A stretch of DNA of 64,000 nt from NCBI GenBank assembly GCA_964016885.1, contig OZ024740.1, positions 298,468,001 to 298,532,000 on the forward strand, read 5' to 3'. The DNA is from Eledone cirrhosa. Its lineage: Eukaryota. Below, piece by piece: positions 47,357 through 62,340 of this stretch. Numbering within the stretch: position 1 is the stretch's first letter; every line of letters begins with the position of its first letter. The notes under the pieces were generated by a model. The model was not told the origin of the DNA. It saw only the letters and a program-made list of their open reading frames with translations, and did not search any database. The translations under genes were made by a program, and so were the position numbers.

Positions 47357-50300
47357 TAATGCATATCTGTAACTAATTTTCAACCTGTGTTCAGCTAGTA
47401 TATATGTGTATTTATATTATAATTTCTCTATACACTTATCCCCCCCCCCCCCCCCCCTCCTCTATATGTGTATGTGTTCATAATTTAGAAAGATACACGT
47501 GATACATTCAAATGCTCTATATTAATAGAAATAGTTTGTTATATGTCACCAACATTTTAATGTATGATATTTTTATTTTAGATGTATTATCTCTTGTCTT
47601 TTATGAATCACTCTTACTTGAAAGCAAGCATGGCTACTCAAAGTCTTGATCTTCTTTCTACTTCTGTGATCAAACAGAAAACAGGTTTTATCTTTTAATC
47701 TGTGCTGTACATATGGATTTCATATCTTTTATCTTAAAACTGCATCATATACATTGCCTTCATATCTCTAGCTTCTTGCATGATTTTATTGACTTAGTGT
47801 TTGCTTTTGACCTGACCATGTTCACCTTTTTACTTCTTAAATTTTATAATAAATATATCCTAATATATTTATCTTGGATATTCAATACCCAGCTATACTA
47901 TACTGTGCTCTGTTGCCATACTATGTCATTTTCTAATAGATGGTTTATGTTTTTGTTTTACTTCTAAAATTGTAATGAGTTAAGTAGATCAACGATGGTA
48001 GTGGTATATTCCTTTCCAGTACTAGATTGCCATTTATATGGAGCTTTTGGAGAAGCTTTATCTATATATACTAGTAGCTTTATTTTATTTTAAAAAATCA
48101 TACTCTGCCCATACCTATGCTATCAATGTTCAGATATTTTAGAATACTCTGAGCACTAAAGAGTTGAGGCAAGCCATTTGTGATTTGTGCTGGTAACTTA
48201 ACTTTCATTCCTCTTTTTAGCCATTTTATATCATTTATATTAATGGTGCCTTTCCGAACGACAACTATATTACACATTCCCATTTTTCCTCTTATAAATT
48301 GCTATATTTTTACTCTGTATTTATTCAAAGGAACTGAAGGAAAATTTTAAATGTTTGTGTTTGGATTGTAAGATATTTTTACAGTTGAATACTTTCCCCA
48401 TTAAGTTCAATGAAAGCTCTTTTTGTTGATAACTCTTCAGCCATAAATGTTTGCTTATCATATGTCACATTATAAATGAAACTCTGTAACTAGCAAATGT
48501 AAGCTTGTTGCTCTAGGAGATAAACATTTTATTTCTGAAGAAATATAACCTTTTCGGAGTAGACTTGTTCTTCAAATTAATAGTCCTTATGTTTTAACTT
48601 CCTTATTGGAAAGAGGCATGGGACACATTATGTGTGTGTGTGTATATATGTGTATATGTACACACACAAATTTATATATATCATATATGTGTGTGTGTGT
48701 GTATCATTTATCATTCTTTTCCCTGCTAGTAAAAGCTGAATGAGTTGTAAAGAATGAAGTCAGTATCTAATCGGAGTTACTGATTTCTTAGAATCGCTAG
48801 AGGCCTCTACCTTGCTTACATATGTTCCCATACTCTACAATGCACCAGGTGCATTTTATTGTGGCATCAGCAATAGGGAGGTTGTCATGTCTTTAAAACA
48901 ACTGAAGATATTTTATTTAGTAAGTTTTCTATGGCTATCAACAATCACTTTCCAGAATGTACTGGGTGCATTTACCATGTAAATCACCAACATTGGAGAT
49001 GTTATCATGCCCTTGACATAACTGAAGGGTCCTCTTGAACCTTATTGGGCATGGTTTCTACAACTGGACACCTTTCATGTCACCAATCACCTTATAGGTT
49101 GTTTTGAGTGCATTTTTCATGGCACCTGCACAAGGGAGGTTGTCAGGCATTGATTTAACTAAAGGGCCCTCCCTATCCATGAGGAGAGGGTAGAAGGACA
49201 AGGAGATGGGGTGGAGAGGGTAGAAGGACAAGGAGATGGGGTGGAGAGGGAGGTAGGCAAAAAGGATGATAAATATAACATGGGTAAGTGACAGTCTTCT
49301 CTCTTATACACTACATCCAATTTCTCCGCATTTCTTTATACAGCCGTCATCTTCCATATGCCTCACATGTACATACCTTCATAGTCTTCTCTCTTACACA
49401 CTACATCCAATTTCTTATATGCTGAGTTCTTTTCTCATTTATGTTATGCTGTTCATGCACATTAATGTAACACATTCACCGTAGCTTGCTTGCTTCATTT
49501 CTTTTTAGTCTTCGCAATCAAGACCTATGTCTCACTGCTATGTAGCACATGTAGGCATCATACAGTCTACCCTTCACTCTAAGAGAGAACCTTGTTCTTG
49601 TCAGCAGATGTGCTAGCTCTTACCCATTCTTATTCTGGTTACCATATTTTCAGAGCATCCTCCCCTACTGCTGATTAGTTTATCTAGGTAACAAAAACTG
49701 TCAACAATTTCTTGGGAGTCTCCTGGACATCTTAGGCAATCTCTCATTCACCTTATGCATCACATATTTATACCAGTGCAATCATCTTTCTTGCAAACAC
49801 CATCTGATTTCTCTTATACTCAGCTTTTCTCTCAGTTCACTTGTGTTCTGTCTCTCACACACACTGCCAACCAATGAGGCTGACAAATCGAGCAGATATA
49901 TTCCTTTTAATGTGAGTCCTAGTTGTAACACATGTGAATTGTTTATTTTTTTAGTTGTATTATTTCCTATTGTAGTTTAACCCCAGATCAGCTCTCATTT
50001 CATAGACCCTTGGTCTACAACATTCCAACCACGCCCTTCATATTTTCCACCTACAATGACTTTTGGATTGCATTATGCAATGTGTCCTTTCTTTTTAAGT
50101 TTGTAGGGTGTGATTTGATGAATATTTAGCTGCAATTTCTAGCAGGAGAGCAACTACATATAGACTCCCTCAGTAATTTTTGTTGTCAATTTTTGGAAAT
50201 GATAATAGAGCTTAACAAAGATAGGAAACTTCCTGGGTTCTTTGGTGTTTTGAACACTTTTCTCATAATCTGATTCATATGTATGTTTGTTGAAGGTCAC

Positions 50301-51119
50301 ATATCTTTGGAATATAACACAAATAAGATGTTTGTCCTTATAAGAGGTTAGAATTGCCATTAAGATAGATGGTCTCTATGATAAAAAAATGTCTGTTTGT
50401 TAGTGAGGGAGACTATTATGTTTCATTTGTCATTTAGTTTGAAGCAGTGGCCATTCATTCATTTGTTCCTGTTGTTAATGGTGACTAGCAGATATGTTTT
50501 AAGTATTTAATATTAAGATTACAGTATATTTACGTATATAACTAGTCATTCATTATTTAATATGTTCTACCAAGAAGTAGGAGTGGTACTAATTTAAGCT
50601 CCACAGATTGACATAAACACAATACTGTGTTGCTTGAAGGTACAATAAATATGATTGTCTGATGGTTTTGACCAGACCATATGGTCTCTAATTTGGTTCC
50701 TTTAACTTTTCTTTATTCACTGCCACTAATTCTAAATTAGTCTTGAAAATTTTGAAGCTAATTATTTTAATATTTACATCTTGGATATGTATGCAATGTC
50801 ATGCAATAATCTTTTATGGTTCATTTTTTAATTGGTATTTTAAACAACATTTTTAGATAATAGTAGCTGTGTATGATTTCTACTAATTAGCTTTAACTCC
50901 ATCTTGTCTTGATCCTGTCAATTGATTCTTTTATTCTTTTATTGGTTGTAGTCATTTTGATTGTGGGCCATGCTGCATCACTACCATGAAGGGATTTTTT
51001 TGTTGATCATATCAATCCCAGTACTTATTTTCATTCAAGTCTGGTACTTATTTTACCAATCTCTTGTCAAACTGCTAAGTTACAGCACAGAAACAAACAT
51101 TAAACATAAATACAGATAT

Positions 51120-51265
51120 GGGCAAAGTTTCTGTCTACCAAATTTCACTCACACGGCATTGGTCAACCCAAAGCTATAGTAGACACGTGCATAAGCTGCC
51201 ACACAGTGGTACTGAACTGAAAGCCATGTGATTGTGAAGCAAATTCCTTAACCACACAACCATGG
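51120..51265 (-). mobile_element. Old tRNA-derived SINE fragment
   Basis: Minus strand tggttgtgtggttaaggaatttgcttc..ttcagttcagtacca resembles A/B boxes. Confidence 0.55.
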
Positions 51266-52224
51266 CTGTTTCTTTTGTAAATGATTGTAATGTAGAATAG
51301 TAAACTTCTTTGATTAGGTACTGCTTTATACACTGTGTATAAAACATCCCAACTTGTGAGACCATGTTTCTCAATAATACATCACTCTAAACTCATAACA
51401 TCTTGTTATTAGGCTTGTTATTTTTGAAGGAAAAATATGAATCTGTAGAATATTCCTGAGCTTTTTGTCATATACTGGTTCACCAGATTAGATATTTTTT
51501 TCTTTGATATCTATTGCTAGAAAAATCTCCCTTTCCATCTCATTCTCTTCTTTTTTGCTTCTATTTTCTGATGAAATAAAAGAATAAAAAAGTAAATTAA
51601 AAAACTAAAAAATAAAATGAAGAACCATTAAAGGGAAAATATCTCCTGCAAATACCCCCAGCCAATCTTGCACAGAAACTTTGTGATTATTTGCATTGTT
51701 GCTGATTTGTTAAAAGCTTTAGAATTACCTAACATCATATCCCAGAAAATTGGCTGAAATATCCAGCCAAGAGTTTATAGCTTTTTTTTTCTGGGGACAA
51801 CTATCAGCATAGTTCTCTTTGCTGGTTTAACACATTTATTTTTACTCTTCACTATCTCTCTTTGTCTTTCTCTCTCTCCTTCTCTTTCCCACTCTTTCAT
51901 ATTTACTTCATTCACTCTCTCTTTTTCACTTAATCTATCTCATCCACTTTCTCTATATATTTTACTTTATTTCTTTGTTATTTTTCATGTCAATGTCTTT
52001 TCTTATCTTATATCTTTTATTATTTTTCTTATCAGATTTTTTTCCTTCATTCTTTCCTGTTTTTCATCGGTTCTCTTTTATTCTTACCTTATTGCTTATA
52101 ATTTGACACTTCATTCCTCAAATCGTTTCTTTACCCTCTCTCCATTTCTCTCATCTTTCTTTCATTTCTCAGCTAAATTTCACTGATACACTAGGTTAGA
52201 GATAGAAACTGTATCTGTCTTAGA

Positions 52225-52285
<61 letters not shown>
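52225..52285. repeat. (TA)n microsatellite; (AAT)n at ~52620-52680; (CAA/CAG)n-rich tracts at ~53270-53455 and ~54120-54560
   Basis: Direct reading. Confidence 0.9.
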
Positions 52286-52291
<6 letters not shown>

Positions 52292-55200
52292 CTTATGAAT
52301 CTTTTAACATTTTGGTAGCTCTCACAGAACTGCCAAATAAATTGAACACAGTTTCTCATTGTTGATACTTGCTTTCATCTCCATTCTACAATAGATAGGT
52401 GTTTTTGAAATCATTGCTGATTTTCAACAAGTTCTGGTTAAAAGGAATGAATATTAAGCATTTTTCGGCTGTTTTATCACAAACTTTTTCTGACCATTGC
52501 TTATGGTTTATAAAAATGCTGACCTAAGTATAATCTGGGTAAACAACCAGCCATTTATCAATATATATTGGAGTGTGATTTATGTGTTTCTATGTTATAG
52601 GAATGCATGTATGGGTGTATAATAATAATAATAGTAATAATAATAATAATAATAATAATAGTAATGATGATGATAATGAAAATAAATGTCTCTGTGTTTA
52701 TATATGTTAATGTACTTTATATGTTTATATATATGTAGGTATTATACATTTGTATGATGGTTGCATATATGTGTTAAGTATTTAGAAAATTATGTGTATT
52801 TGTTTAATACAGGAGTGAGTATGTTTGAGTGTGAATGCTTATATATGTTAATATTCTTTATATGTTTATGTATAAGTTGGTATTAATATATTTGTATGAT
52901 TTTTGCTTTTGTGTATGTTTATGTTAGTTATGTATCTGTATGCATGTATTCTGGAAAATTATGCTCTGTACACATGTATCTGTATATAATTGTAAGTATG
53001 TGTATGTCTGTTATTTGTAAGTCTGGGTTTCTCTGTGGGAGGGGTGGTTGTGATGATGTTAAATTATAGGAATGTATATAGAAAACCAAGTTGTGATTTA
53101 TATCTGCACATGAAAACAGTAAATAAATAAAGATTTAAGAAAGAAAAAAATGAAGAAACATGTGCATTTTTTTCAAATTTACATTTCTGTTTTCGAATAA
53201 AATATGGAAGGTTAAAAAAAAACAAAAAAAAACGAAGACAAGAAATTGTGCAGATTTAACAACATAAATAATATAACAGCAGCAACAGCAGAGATAATAA
53301 AAGAACACCAACAGCAGTAGCAACAACAGCAACAACAACACATTATAATAAGAGAAAACAGCAACAAAACAACAGCTACTGAAATAACTAAAACAAAGGT
53401 AGCAGTAGCAACAAAAATAATAACAATACACAAAACAAAAGTAACAACAACAACATATGTGGAGATGATGAAGGAGTATCTACATAGTCACTTGACCTTA
53501 GAAATAGCAGCCAAATTTTCCTTCAAATTACACCCTACTTTCTTAAAAAAAAAAAGAAGCGTTAAACAACATCAATGACACATTTAATAATGGTTTCTGA
53601 TTTAAGCACAAAGCCTACAATTTTGGAGGAGGGGAAAGTTGATTAAATCAACTCCAGTACATTACTGGTATCTTATTTTATCAACCCCGTAAGGATGAAA
53701 GGCAAAGTTAATTTCAGTAGGATTTGAACTCAGAACAAAAAGGGAAGTAACTATATGCCACAAAGCATGGTGTCCAACACTCTACTAACACTGACTTTAA
53801 ATAATGGTTTCTGATTTAGGCACAAGGCCAACAATGTTAGGGAGAGGAAAGTTGATTAAATCGACACCAGTGCATTACTGGTATTTTATTTTATCAAATA
53901 TGGTGAAAGGCAAAGTTAACCTTGGCAGAATCTGAAATTAGTACAAAGGGCCATAACTCAAAGCATGTTGTCCGACACTCTACCGATACCGCCATAATGA
54001 TACATTTTATAATTGTTTCTACTTTTGGCACAAGGCCAGCAATTATCCCAGTGCATTACTGGTGCTTTATTTTATTGACCACAGCAAGATTTGAACTCAG
54101 ACCGTAAAGGGGTGTGAAGTAGAAACAGCTGCAGTAAAAATTATAAAACAGCAATGACAACAAGACAGATATCAACTAGACAACAACAGCAACAATATGA
54201 ATTAACCCTTTGGTTATGTGATACAATTTAGTTTATTTTAAAGTGTTTATATTTATCTAAAAAAAATTCCATTATCATTTTTTTATAAGAAGCACCAGAT
54301 AAATAATGAGAAATTTATTACTAAATTCTTTCAAATTCTTGATTATTTTCAAAGTTATTTGAAATTCATAGGCAATGATTTTCATTAGGAATATGGTAAT
54401 GAAAGGGTTAAGTCAACAACTATTTGCTAAAGCAAAACAGCAACAAGTAGACTGACGAAGCCAACTATATAAAAATATACAAAATAGATAATAACAGCAG
54501 CAGCAATCAACAATGCTGCATCTTGTACAGCAGACAACAATAATAATGACCATAACAAGAAACAGCCATGTCATAATCATTTTTATCTCCTGTCTGCTGT
54601 TAATCATCATAATTATCATCATCATCCTTCCTCCCCATCACACCTTCTCGTCATGATCAATCCTGTCTTGTTTTCACCATCATCACCATCTACTTTTCTC
54701 TCTCTCTTCTTCCACTTCCACCTATTCATCATCATCATCATCATCATGAAGGAGCATAAACATTACAAGATGTCTTTGTATGATTGATATGAGAAGTCAA
54801 ATGCTAATAGTTTTCTCTTGTCTGTATTAGTAACACACAATTTGTGTGTTGTGATATGATGTTTCTGTAAGATCTGTAAACATTTTCATGTTAAATTCCC
54901 CCCACACAGTTGTTCATGTTGTATCGTTTTCTCTTAGAATTTTTGTTTATTTTTTCTAAGAGTGGAAATATTATCTTTGTGAGTAAATCAGCAAAACACT
55001 ACACTTTCAAGATAAATTGCTTTATATATTAAATCTTGGTTTAACTACATACTTACATGTACTTGTGGTGGCATTCACCCAGAGTGGGTTGAGCCAGCTC
55101 CATTGAAGGAATTCATGGTGTAAGTTCATTTCAATGAAATTTCTTTCTGTAATTGGTTTCATAAGCAGTGTGCAGCTGCAAGTATATGCACTTTAGAATA

Positions 55201-56014
55201 GTGCAATCCAAGCATTGCATCGGTTATAGTGGCGAGATCTCGCTTTCACACCCAACCCAATATGGTGGAGCCAGTGCCGCGACAGAGATTCATGGGAGGG
55301 AGTTTGGCTGGCAGAGGTGATAAACACAAGCTATTTGAGCCATTTTATAGGCCAGTAGGAGTTCACCTCACTGCCCAGCTCAGGCATACCAACCCTCGGC
55401 AGTGTCTAACTATATGTCATATTTTATTGGTAAATACTTCCCCATACATCTCTATACTTATTTCAAAAACTTTCTCTCTTCTGTTGGTTATGTCTTGTTA
55501 ATATAGTAAAAGCAGTACTTTTCTTGGTTGCTTTGCAATTTTTACTAGGCTGTGTGAAAGTCAGAATATTAATTGATAGTAATGAAACTCATTCATGAGC
55601 TTGGTTGGTCTCGCTTGGGGATCCAGCTGGATCAGTTGGAGATGGTTGCTTCTGATACGATCCGCTGGAACGATTGTTTGAGGACTCTGCTCTCACAACC
55701 CTCTCAGGAATAAGTGGGTGAAGAAGAAGTAGAAGTAATGAAACTGACAGATAAGTAAAGAAATAAAACTGTTTGATGTGTACTGTCACCCCATTTCAGT
55801 ACTTAATTGAAAGGCATGTTTGACCCCAAATTAACAAATGACAACAAAAGGTAACTTGTCAGTGATATTTGGTGGATGGAAACTGTGAACAAGTCTGTTG
55901 TATCAGTAGGAAATGGTCAAACAAAATCAGTGTCAAACAAAATTACATATTTGGTTTTTGTCATTCATCCCTGATGAAATTATTAAAATAAGAACCATAC
56001 AAAATACTGGGGTG

Positions 56015-56392
56015 AATATAACCACTGTAAAGTGGTTGTGTAGGTGACATGACAAAAAGTGCCCAGTCCACATTGTAAAGTGGTCGTGTAGGTGACATGA
56101 CAAAACGTGCTCAGTCCACACTGAAAAGTGGTTGTGTAAGTGACATGACAAAATGTACCCAGTACACACTGTAAAGTGGTCATGTAGGTGCTAAGACAAA
56201 AAGCATCGAGTACACACTGTAAATGTGATTGGCATTAAGAAAGGTATCCAGCCACAGAAACAAAGCCCAAATCAGTTCTGTATGAGCCGTGGTTATCTGA
56301 TCTGGCTTATCTCACAATTGGACAACTCGTCTAACCCACGTCTTTCCCTAGTGTGGAGAAATGGATGTCAAATGGTGATGATGAGGATGATG
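56015..56392 (+). repeat. RTE-type 3' UTR/SINE tail with ~41-bp internal tandem modules (~5 copies)
   Basis: cactgtaaagtggttgtgtaggtgacatgacaaaaagtgcccagtcca repeated, then standard tail and (gat)n; related arrays at ~21200-21395, 28330-28470, 44270-44480. Confidence 0.8.
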
Positions 56393-57709
56393 AAATCCCA
56401 GCATGGCCACATGGTTCAAGATACCACAAAAGAATGTGGTATCTTGAACTACTGTAACAGCTACTATCTAAAAGAAAATCTGCATGTGGATAAACTTATT
56501 TTTATTACATTTACTTGTTAAGTCATGTTTGTCAAACATCGTTCTAAAATAGCATAATTTTACAAAACAGTATGGTATTGTTCTTTACATTTATTTTAAT
56601 TAGTAATAATTGATAAATCAATTTTCTGTTACCTTTTTGTTGGTGACAGATACTGTTCTATGAACATTGTAATAATGTAAAAGTCTCTTGAATCCTGAAA
56701 GGTTTTAACCCTTTTGATACCAACCCTCCCCAAACCAGCTCTAGTTATATGAAACAAAGGTACTTATTTTAAATAGTTTCTATTTAAAATAAAACTTTCC
56801 TTTTTTATGAGACAAATGTTATTTTAGTACTGAAATAATTAATAATCTTAGTAAATTCTTAGTAATAATCTTTCAAAATTCTAAATCAATTAATTGAAAT
56901 ACAGTGTATTTAATTGAAAATATAGTCATGAAAGTGTTAAAGATTGGTGCTTAGCTCTTTTTTCTTAGTATTAGGCAGAACAGAGCTAAATCTTCCATTT
57001 ATTGACATTTATTGTCTCAAGTAGCTTTCTAAGAGGATCTAGTACCAATTTCTGATTGTTTAGAAGTGAACTAAAGCAGATAGAATTATGTGTTATTTCC
57101 TGTGCAGCTCTTGGATTTTAGCAAGCAGTATCACTTTCTGTGCAGTTTTAACTATTGGGTAAGGAGTAGAGTAAAAGGTATAAGAAGTATATGTTTATCT
57201 ATTTACTCATCTGAGTTCCAGTTGAGTATAAAAGTTGAAGAGCCATTAATGAACTGAAAACATCTGATGAAAAATAACAACAACTGTACTAATGAGTTAC
57301 TGTATTATTTAGTGAGGGATAGTTGTTGTCTAGTTGAATGTCTGCTAAAGATATTGAAACTCATTATCATATTAGATAGCACACTATCTTAACAACAGCT
57401 GTTTCTAACATGTAACTTAAGAGTAAAAACAAAATAGTGACAAGAATTCATTGTATAAAGCAAAAACATCAACTTGTAATCTTTTTTTTCTATCAACAAG
57501 ACTATTAAATATTGCTACATTTATGGTATAAGAGTTAGTTTACTGGTGTGTGGTTCAATTCTCATTGAGAAAGGCATCAACAAATGTTTTTTCTCTTGAA
57601 TAATGTGCCCTACATTTTTTAATGACAGTATAGTGTGATTTGGCTGCTGTTTTAACAGGTTAAGTAACTTTATACATGTTCTCTCATTGGCTTGTTTTCA
57701 ATTTTATTG

Positions 57710-59530
57710 ATCATCATCACCGTTTTACGTCCATTCTTCCACGCTAGCATGGGTTAGACGGGTTGTTCTGTTGTGGGCAGTGTCTGGTTGGCTGACCATG
57801 CCTTGCTCATACAGGAACTGATTTGGCTTGATTTCTACAGCTGGATGCCCTTCCTAACACCAACCTCATTTACAGTGAGTGCTGGGTGCTTTTTCGTGGC
57901 GCCTACACGTCCACTTTACAGTGTGGGCTGGGTGCTTTTTTGCCGTGGCACCTCCACGACCACCTTGCAGTGTGGGGGGGGGGGAGCATATTGTCTATAT
58001 GCTTCAGCTTGTACCCATGGGAGGTCGGGTACACTGTATTACTGCGTGACGCCAGAGGTCACGGTTGTGTGTCATCGCCTTTGAGAGGTGTAATTGGGTA
58101 AGGTCGGCTTTTATCACCTCATCCCAGGTCATCTTGGGTCTTCCGACTCCGCGGTTTCCATCGACTTCTAGTGCTCTGCAGCTTTTTATGCAGCCATCAT
58201 CCTTCACACGCATCACATGTCCATACCAACGCAACCGCCTCTCCTGCACACAGCATTTGATTCCTCTTATGCTCAGTCTCTCTCTCAATTCATTTATGCT
58301 TTGTCGTTCGTGTAAATTACTATTACACATCCATCGGAGCATGCAGGCTTCGTTTCTCTCTAATCTACGTAAGTCTTCCACCTTCAGCGTCCAAGTCTCA
58401 CTACCATGCAACATCGCTGTTCGGATACACGCATCATACAGTCTGCCTTTCATTTTGAGGGAGAAGCCTTTTGCAGCTAGCAGTGGTAGTAGTTCCCTAA
58501 ACTTCTTCCATCCCATTCTTACCCTAGTTATTGTACTTTCTGAACACCCACCTCCGCTGCTAATTCAGTCACCTAGGTAGCAGAAGCTGTCTACTGTTTC
58601 TACAGAGCCCTCCCAGAGATTGGTGGTACTTGTTTCCTGTGGCTGTTTGCTGCTTGCTGTCCCAGCATGGCTGTTTGCTGCTTGCTGTCCCAGCATGGCT
58701 GTTTGCTGCTTGCTGTCCCAGCACAGCTGCTGCATGTGAAGCCTACATTCTTAATTAAGCTTCCTGAGATCCCGCTACATCTCTTGTGTACCCATTGTTT
58801 GCATTTGGGGCAGAGAATGGAGTTCCTACCTACACCTTTCCTACATACTGAACAAGGCCATTTCCCTGAGGGGATCTGGGTTCTGTTTTCTCGTCTACTT
58901 ACAAGGACCTTAGTCTTTGTCATGTTGACTTTGAGACCCTTTCTTTCTAGTCCCTGCTTCCAAGTTTGGAATTTCTTCTCTAGTTCTACCATAGATTCAG
59001 CTATAAGTGCGAGGTCATCAGCATACAGGAGTTCCCATGGGCATCCGGTCTTAAACTCCTCCGTTATTGCCTGCAGGACTATGATGAACAGGAGGGGGCT
59101 AAGAACAGAGCCCTGGTGGACCCCAACCTGTACGCTAAATTTCTCGCTATACTCATTGCTAATCCTAACTTTGCTGACTGCTCCCCTATACATGGCTTGT
59201 ACCGCTTTCACAAGCCATTCATCTACTCCTAGTTTTCTAAGAGCCCACCAGATTACAGCACGTGAAACTCTGTCAAAGGCTTTCTCAAGGTCGACAAATG
59301 CCAGGTAGAGTGGCTTACTTTTAGCTAGGTACTTTTCCTGTAACTGCCTGACAAGGAAGAGGGCATCAGTGGTGCCTCTTCCTGTTACTTTCATGACCTG
59401 GTCCATCAGCTTTATACCTCTATAGTTTCCTCTATCTAGTGCATCACTTTTACCTTTGTAGCAGTTGACAATGATGCTACTGCACCAATCTTTTGGTATG
59501 ACACCTTCTAGTATTACCTGGTTAATAAAG
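57710..59530 (-). mobile_element. RTE LINE, sister subfamily, 5'-truncated with internal deletion and 28-bp triplication
   Basis: ORFs 58600..59541 and 58004..58516; QVMKVT|GRGTTDA deletion; tggctgtttgctgcttgctgtcccagca x3 at 58640-58723. Confidence 0.92.
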
Positions 59531-59534
59531 ATAT

Positions 59535-59870
59535 TCATCATCTTTTCATTTTACGTCCGCTTTTTCCCTGCTTGCAAGGGTGGGACGGGAACTGATTCTG
59601 GCTTGATTTCTACAGCTGGATGCCCTTCCTAACACCAACCTCATTTACAGTGAGTGCTGGGTGCTTTTTTGCCGTGGCACCTGCATGACCACTTTACAGT
59701 GGAATGATATGGACTCCAGTCCCTATCATCTCATTTCTACAGCTGAGTAAACTGGAGCAATGTGAAATAAAGTGTCTTGCTCAAGGAAACAACACATCAC
59801 CCGGTCTGAGAATTGAACTCACAACCTTTCGATTGCAAGGCCAATGCTCTAACCACTAAGCCATGTGCCT
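59535..59870 (-). mobile_element. tRNA-head SINE with RTE-derived 3' tail (second copy 63770-64000, cut by window end)
   Basis: Minus strand tggcttagtggttagagcattgg (A box), gagttcaattc (B box), ccttgagcaagacact core, tail shared with RTE 3' UTR and (gat)n. Confidence 0.85.
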
Positions 59871-61179
59871 CCATTGTACACATATATATCAAGGTTCAGT
59901 TCTACTGATCACTCTTTTCTTTCTACGTTAATGATCTACTTGCTGTTACTTATGCTCCCCTCTCTCTGCAAATCATATTACGTTTCACTTGGTAATGTTC
60001 AACACACAGGATTCATCCATATGCAACCTAGTTTTCTCATGTCAGACTTGAACTACACCCATGATGACATCCTTCAATGGGAGCATGACTTAGTTGCATT
60101 CAACAGCACCAAAACTCAGTCACTATATATATATATATCAAGGACATATTGAACTCCACTTTTTCACTACTCATGAACAATTAGCTACAATTGCCTGGCC
60201 AGATGGACTTTGTTGATCTTTCTTGGCAACCACATATCTATAACATAACCAAAACTATTTTCTCAAATCCAGGTTTACTTTTTATAGACAGAAACTACTT
60301 TAGCTCTAGACTAGTTGCTGACTCAATGCCAGTCACAAATGCACACCATATTAGTGTAATATTTACATATCTGTCAACATTTCTAGTATGTGAATACAAG
60401 TGGCCAAAATGGGGTTCTTCTGAAGGTTTTTGGAGTGATGTTACTCGATAGAATGCACAGAGATCAGAGCCACTCCAGGTAGAGCCACTACTTCTCTGAA
60501 TTGAGAGATCACAGCTCCGATTCTATGGGTTTGTGGTGAGAATGTCTCGGGAAAGAATCGCTGGACAGATTTTACAGGCAAAACCAACCGGCAGGAGATC
60601 CAGGGGTAGACCCCGAGCAAGATGGTTGGATATCATCCATGAGCTTAGCTGGTCTCACTTGGGTATCCAGCCAGATCAGTTGGAGATGGTTGCTTCTAAC
60701 AGGACCCGTTGGAAGGAGTGTTTGAGGACTCTGCCCCTATGACCCTCTCAGGAATAAGTGGGGGAAGAAGGAGGAGGAGGAAGACAATTCTCAATCCCCC
60801 TCCAACATCTGGTGGATTGCAAAACTTCATTCCCCAATACACCATAACCACTAGCCAACCAGCATGCTGTATTCTTTACTGCTATTATTATATTTTCTCT
60901 TTGAATAACCAAGTTGTCCTCATCCCTGCAATGTCATCCTTGAAATTCTGCTTTAGTATTTCAACAAATGCATCTTCATCAGAAATGTACTCTCTTGGGA
61001 TTCCTGTGATGATTTTCTTTAGAAGATTCAACCTGCAGAAGTAAAGGGTTGGCATATATTTCACTGACTCCAGAAGTATAGGAAGTCACAGATGTTCTTT
61101 CAGAATAATATATATAAGTCCCACCCTTGCAAGCAGGGAAAAGTGGACGTAAAATGAAATGATGATGATGATGATATAT

Positions 61180-61676
61180 ATCATCATCGTTTAACATCTA
61201 TCTTCCACGCTAGCATGGGTTTAGACGGGAGTTGTCCTACTTGAAGCAAGAATGGGTGGGTGACCATGTCTCGCTCGTATAGGACTGTCTGGCAGGTTTT
61301 CTATGGCTGGATGCCCTTCCTAACACCAACCACATTTACAGTGTAGACTGGGAGGTTTTTACCGTGTTATCTACACGACCACATTACAGCGTGGACACTG
61401 TTTTTTGTCGTGACACCTACACAACCTCATTTATTTTGGACTGGATGTTGTGGTACCAATATAACTTTACAGAGAAAGGGTGGTGTTGGTGGGAGTGGGG
61501 CAGGTGGGTGGAGTAGGGGTAGTTGGATGGGGTATATATTTGGTTAAGAGGTGCCTACTGACTGTAGGTTTTGCTTTGTACATAGGCAAGCCGGGTCTTC
61601 TGTATTACTGCGTAGCGCCAAAGATCTCGGTCCAGTGACATTGTCTTAGAGAGATGTAAGTGTTTAAGGTCGGAAT
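61180..61676 (-). mobile_element. RTE 3' end (last codons plus 3' UTR)
   Basis: Matches 17878-18460. Confidence 0.85.
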
Positions 61677-61697
61677 TATATATATATATATATATAT

Positions 61698-62340
61698 ACT
61701 ACCAGTTTAGCCCGGTGTTGCTCGGGTTTGTTCATTTGCTATGAAAAGCTACATACAGGTAAACATGGCTTGAAAGCGAATAAGCTTATCAATTAAGTGC
61801 ATAAAGCAGTTGAACCGGTTATTAAAAGTTACGAACCAATTAGCATTTTGGACAATCAATGATGGGTTAATAATCATCCAATAGTGAATTTAGAAGACCA
61901 AAGTTGCAAGATGGTGGCCCTGATGCCGCTGGGTGTCAGATCTATTCGCCATGGGTGACCCTACCAGGAAATAGTTTTACAGACGGCATAGCTCCAACAC
62001 CTCCAACACTTGCACCAACATCTATAGCACCTCTTTGTAGACGATATTGCGTGTCATTCCTTGAGGAGTGTAAGCAAAAAGTCCATTCCTGCTCCCTACA
62101 CTGAAACAGGCAACATAAAGTTGGCCATGGGAGAAGCATGGCTACCCCAAATGGATGCCCGCCACAGACAATGTTTGCCCTTGTGACTTGTTAATGGACA
62201 TGGCAAAACATGGTCTCACTAGGAATTGGGATTGCTGGAAATCGAACGGGATATCCGATGCCGAGGGGAAAAGGTTCATCCTTGGCAGTGTAATCGGCAG
62301 AATTGCCAGAAGTACAACACTATGGGGTGTTGTCAAATTA
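61698..62340 (-). mobile_element. Helitron 3' fragment with PIF1 helicase C-terminus
   Basis: LPRMNLFPSASDIPFDFQQSQFLVRPCFAMSINKSQGQTL..PCFSHGQLYVA; minus-strand 3' hairpin cccgagcaacaccggg shortly before a GTAG-T (CTAG-like) end. Confidence 0.88.

Noticed and set aside
55064-55284. Possible solo LTR (TGTGGTGGCAT...GTGCCGCGACA)
   Set aside because: Inverted termini imperfect and no target-site duplication found
5905-57275. Other CTGANGA hits (~5907-, 45035+, 51568+, 54453+, 55971+, 57264+)
   Set aside because: No stem II followed by GAAA and no complementary stem I
60890-61090. Possible minus-strand terminal exon (tttacttctgcag acceptor; LNLLKKIITG..FKDDIAGM)
   Set aside because: TSGVSE..NP and FKDDIAG look like decayed RT motifs (GVRQG..SP, FADDI), so probably an old LINE fragment; its CTGATGA..GAAA lacks hammerhead stems
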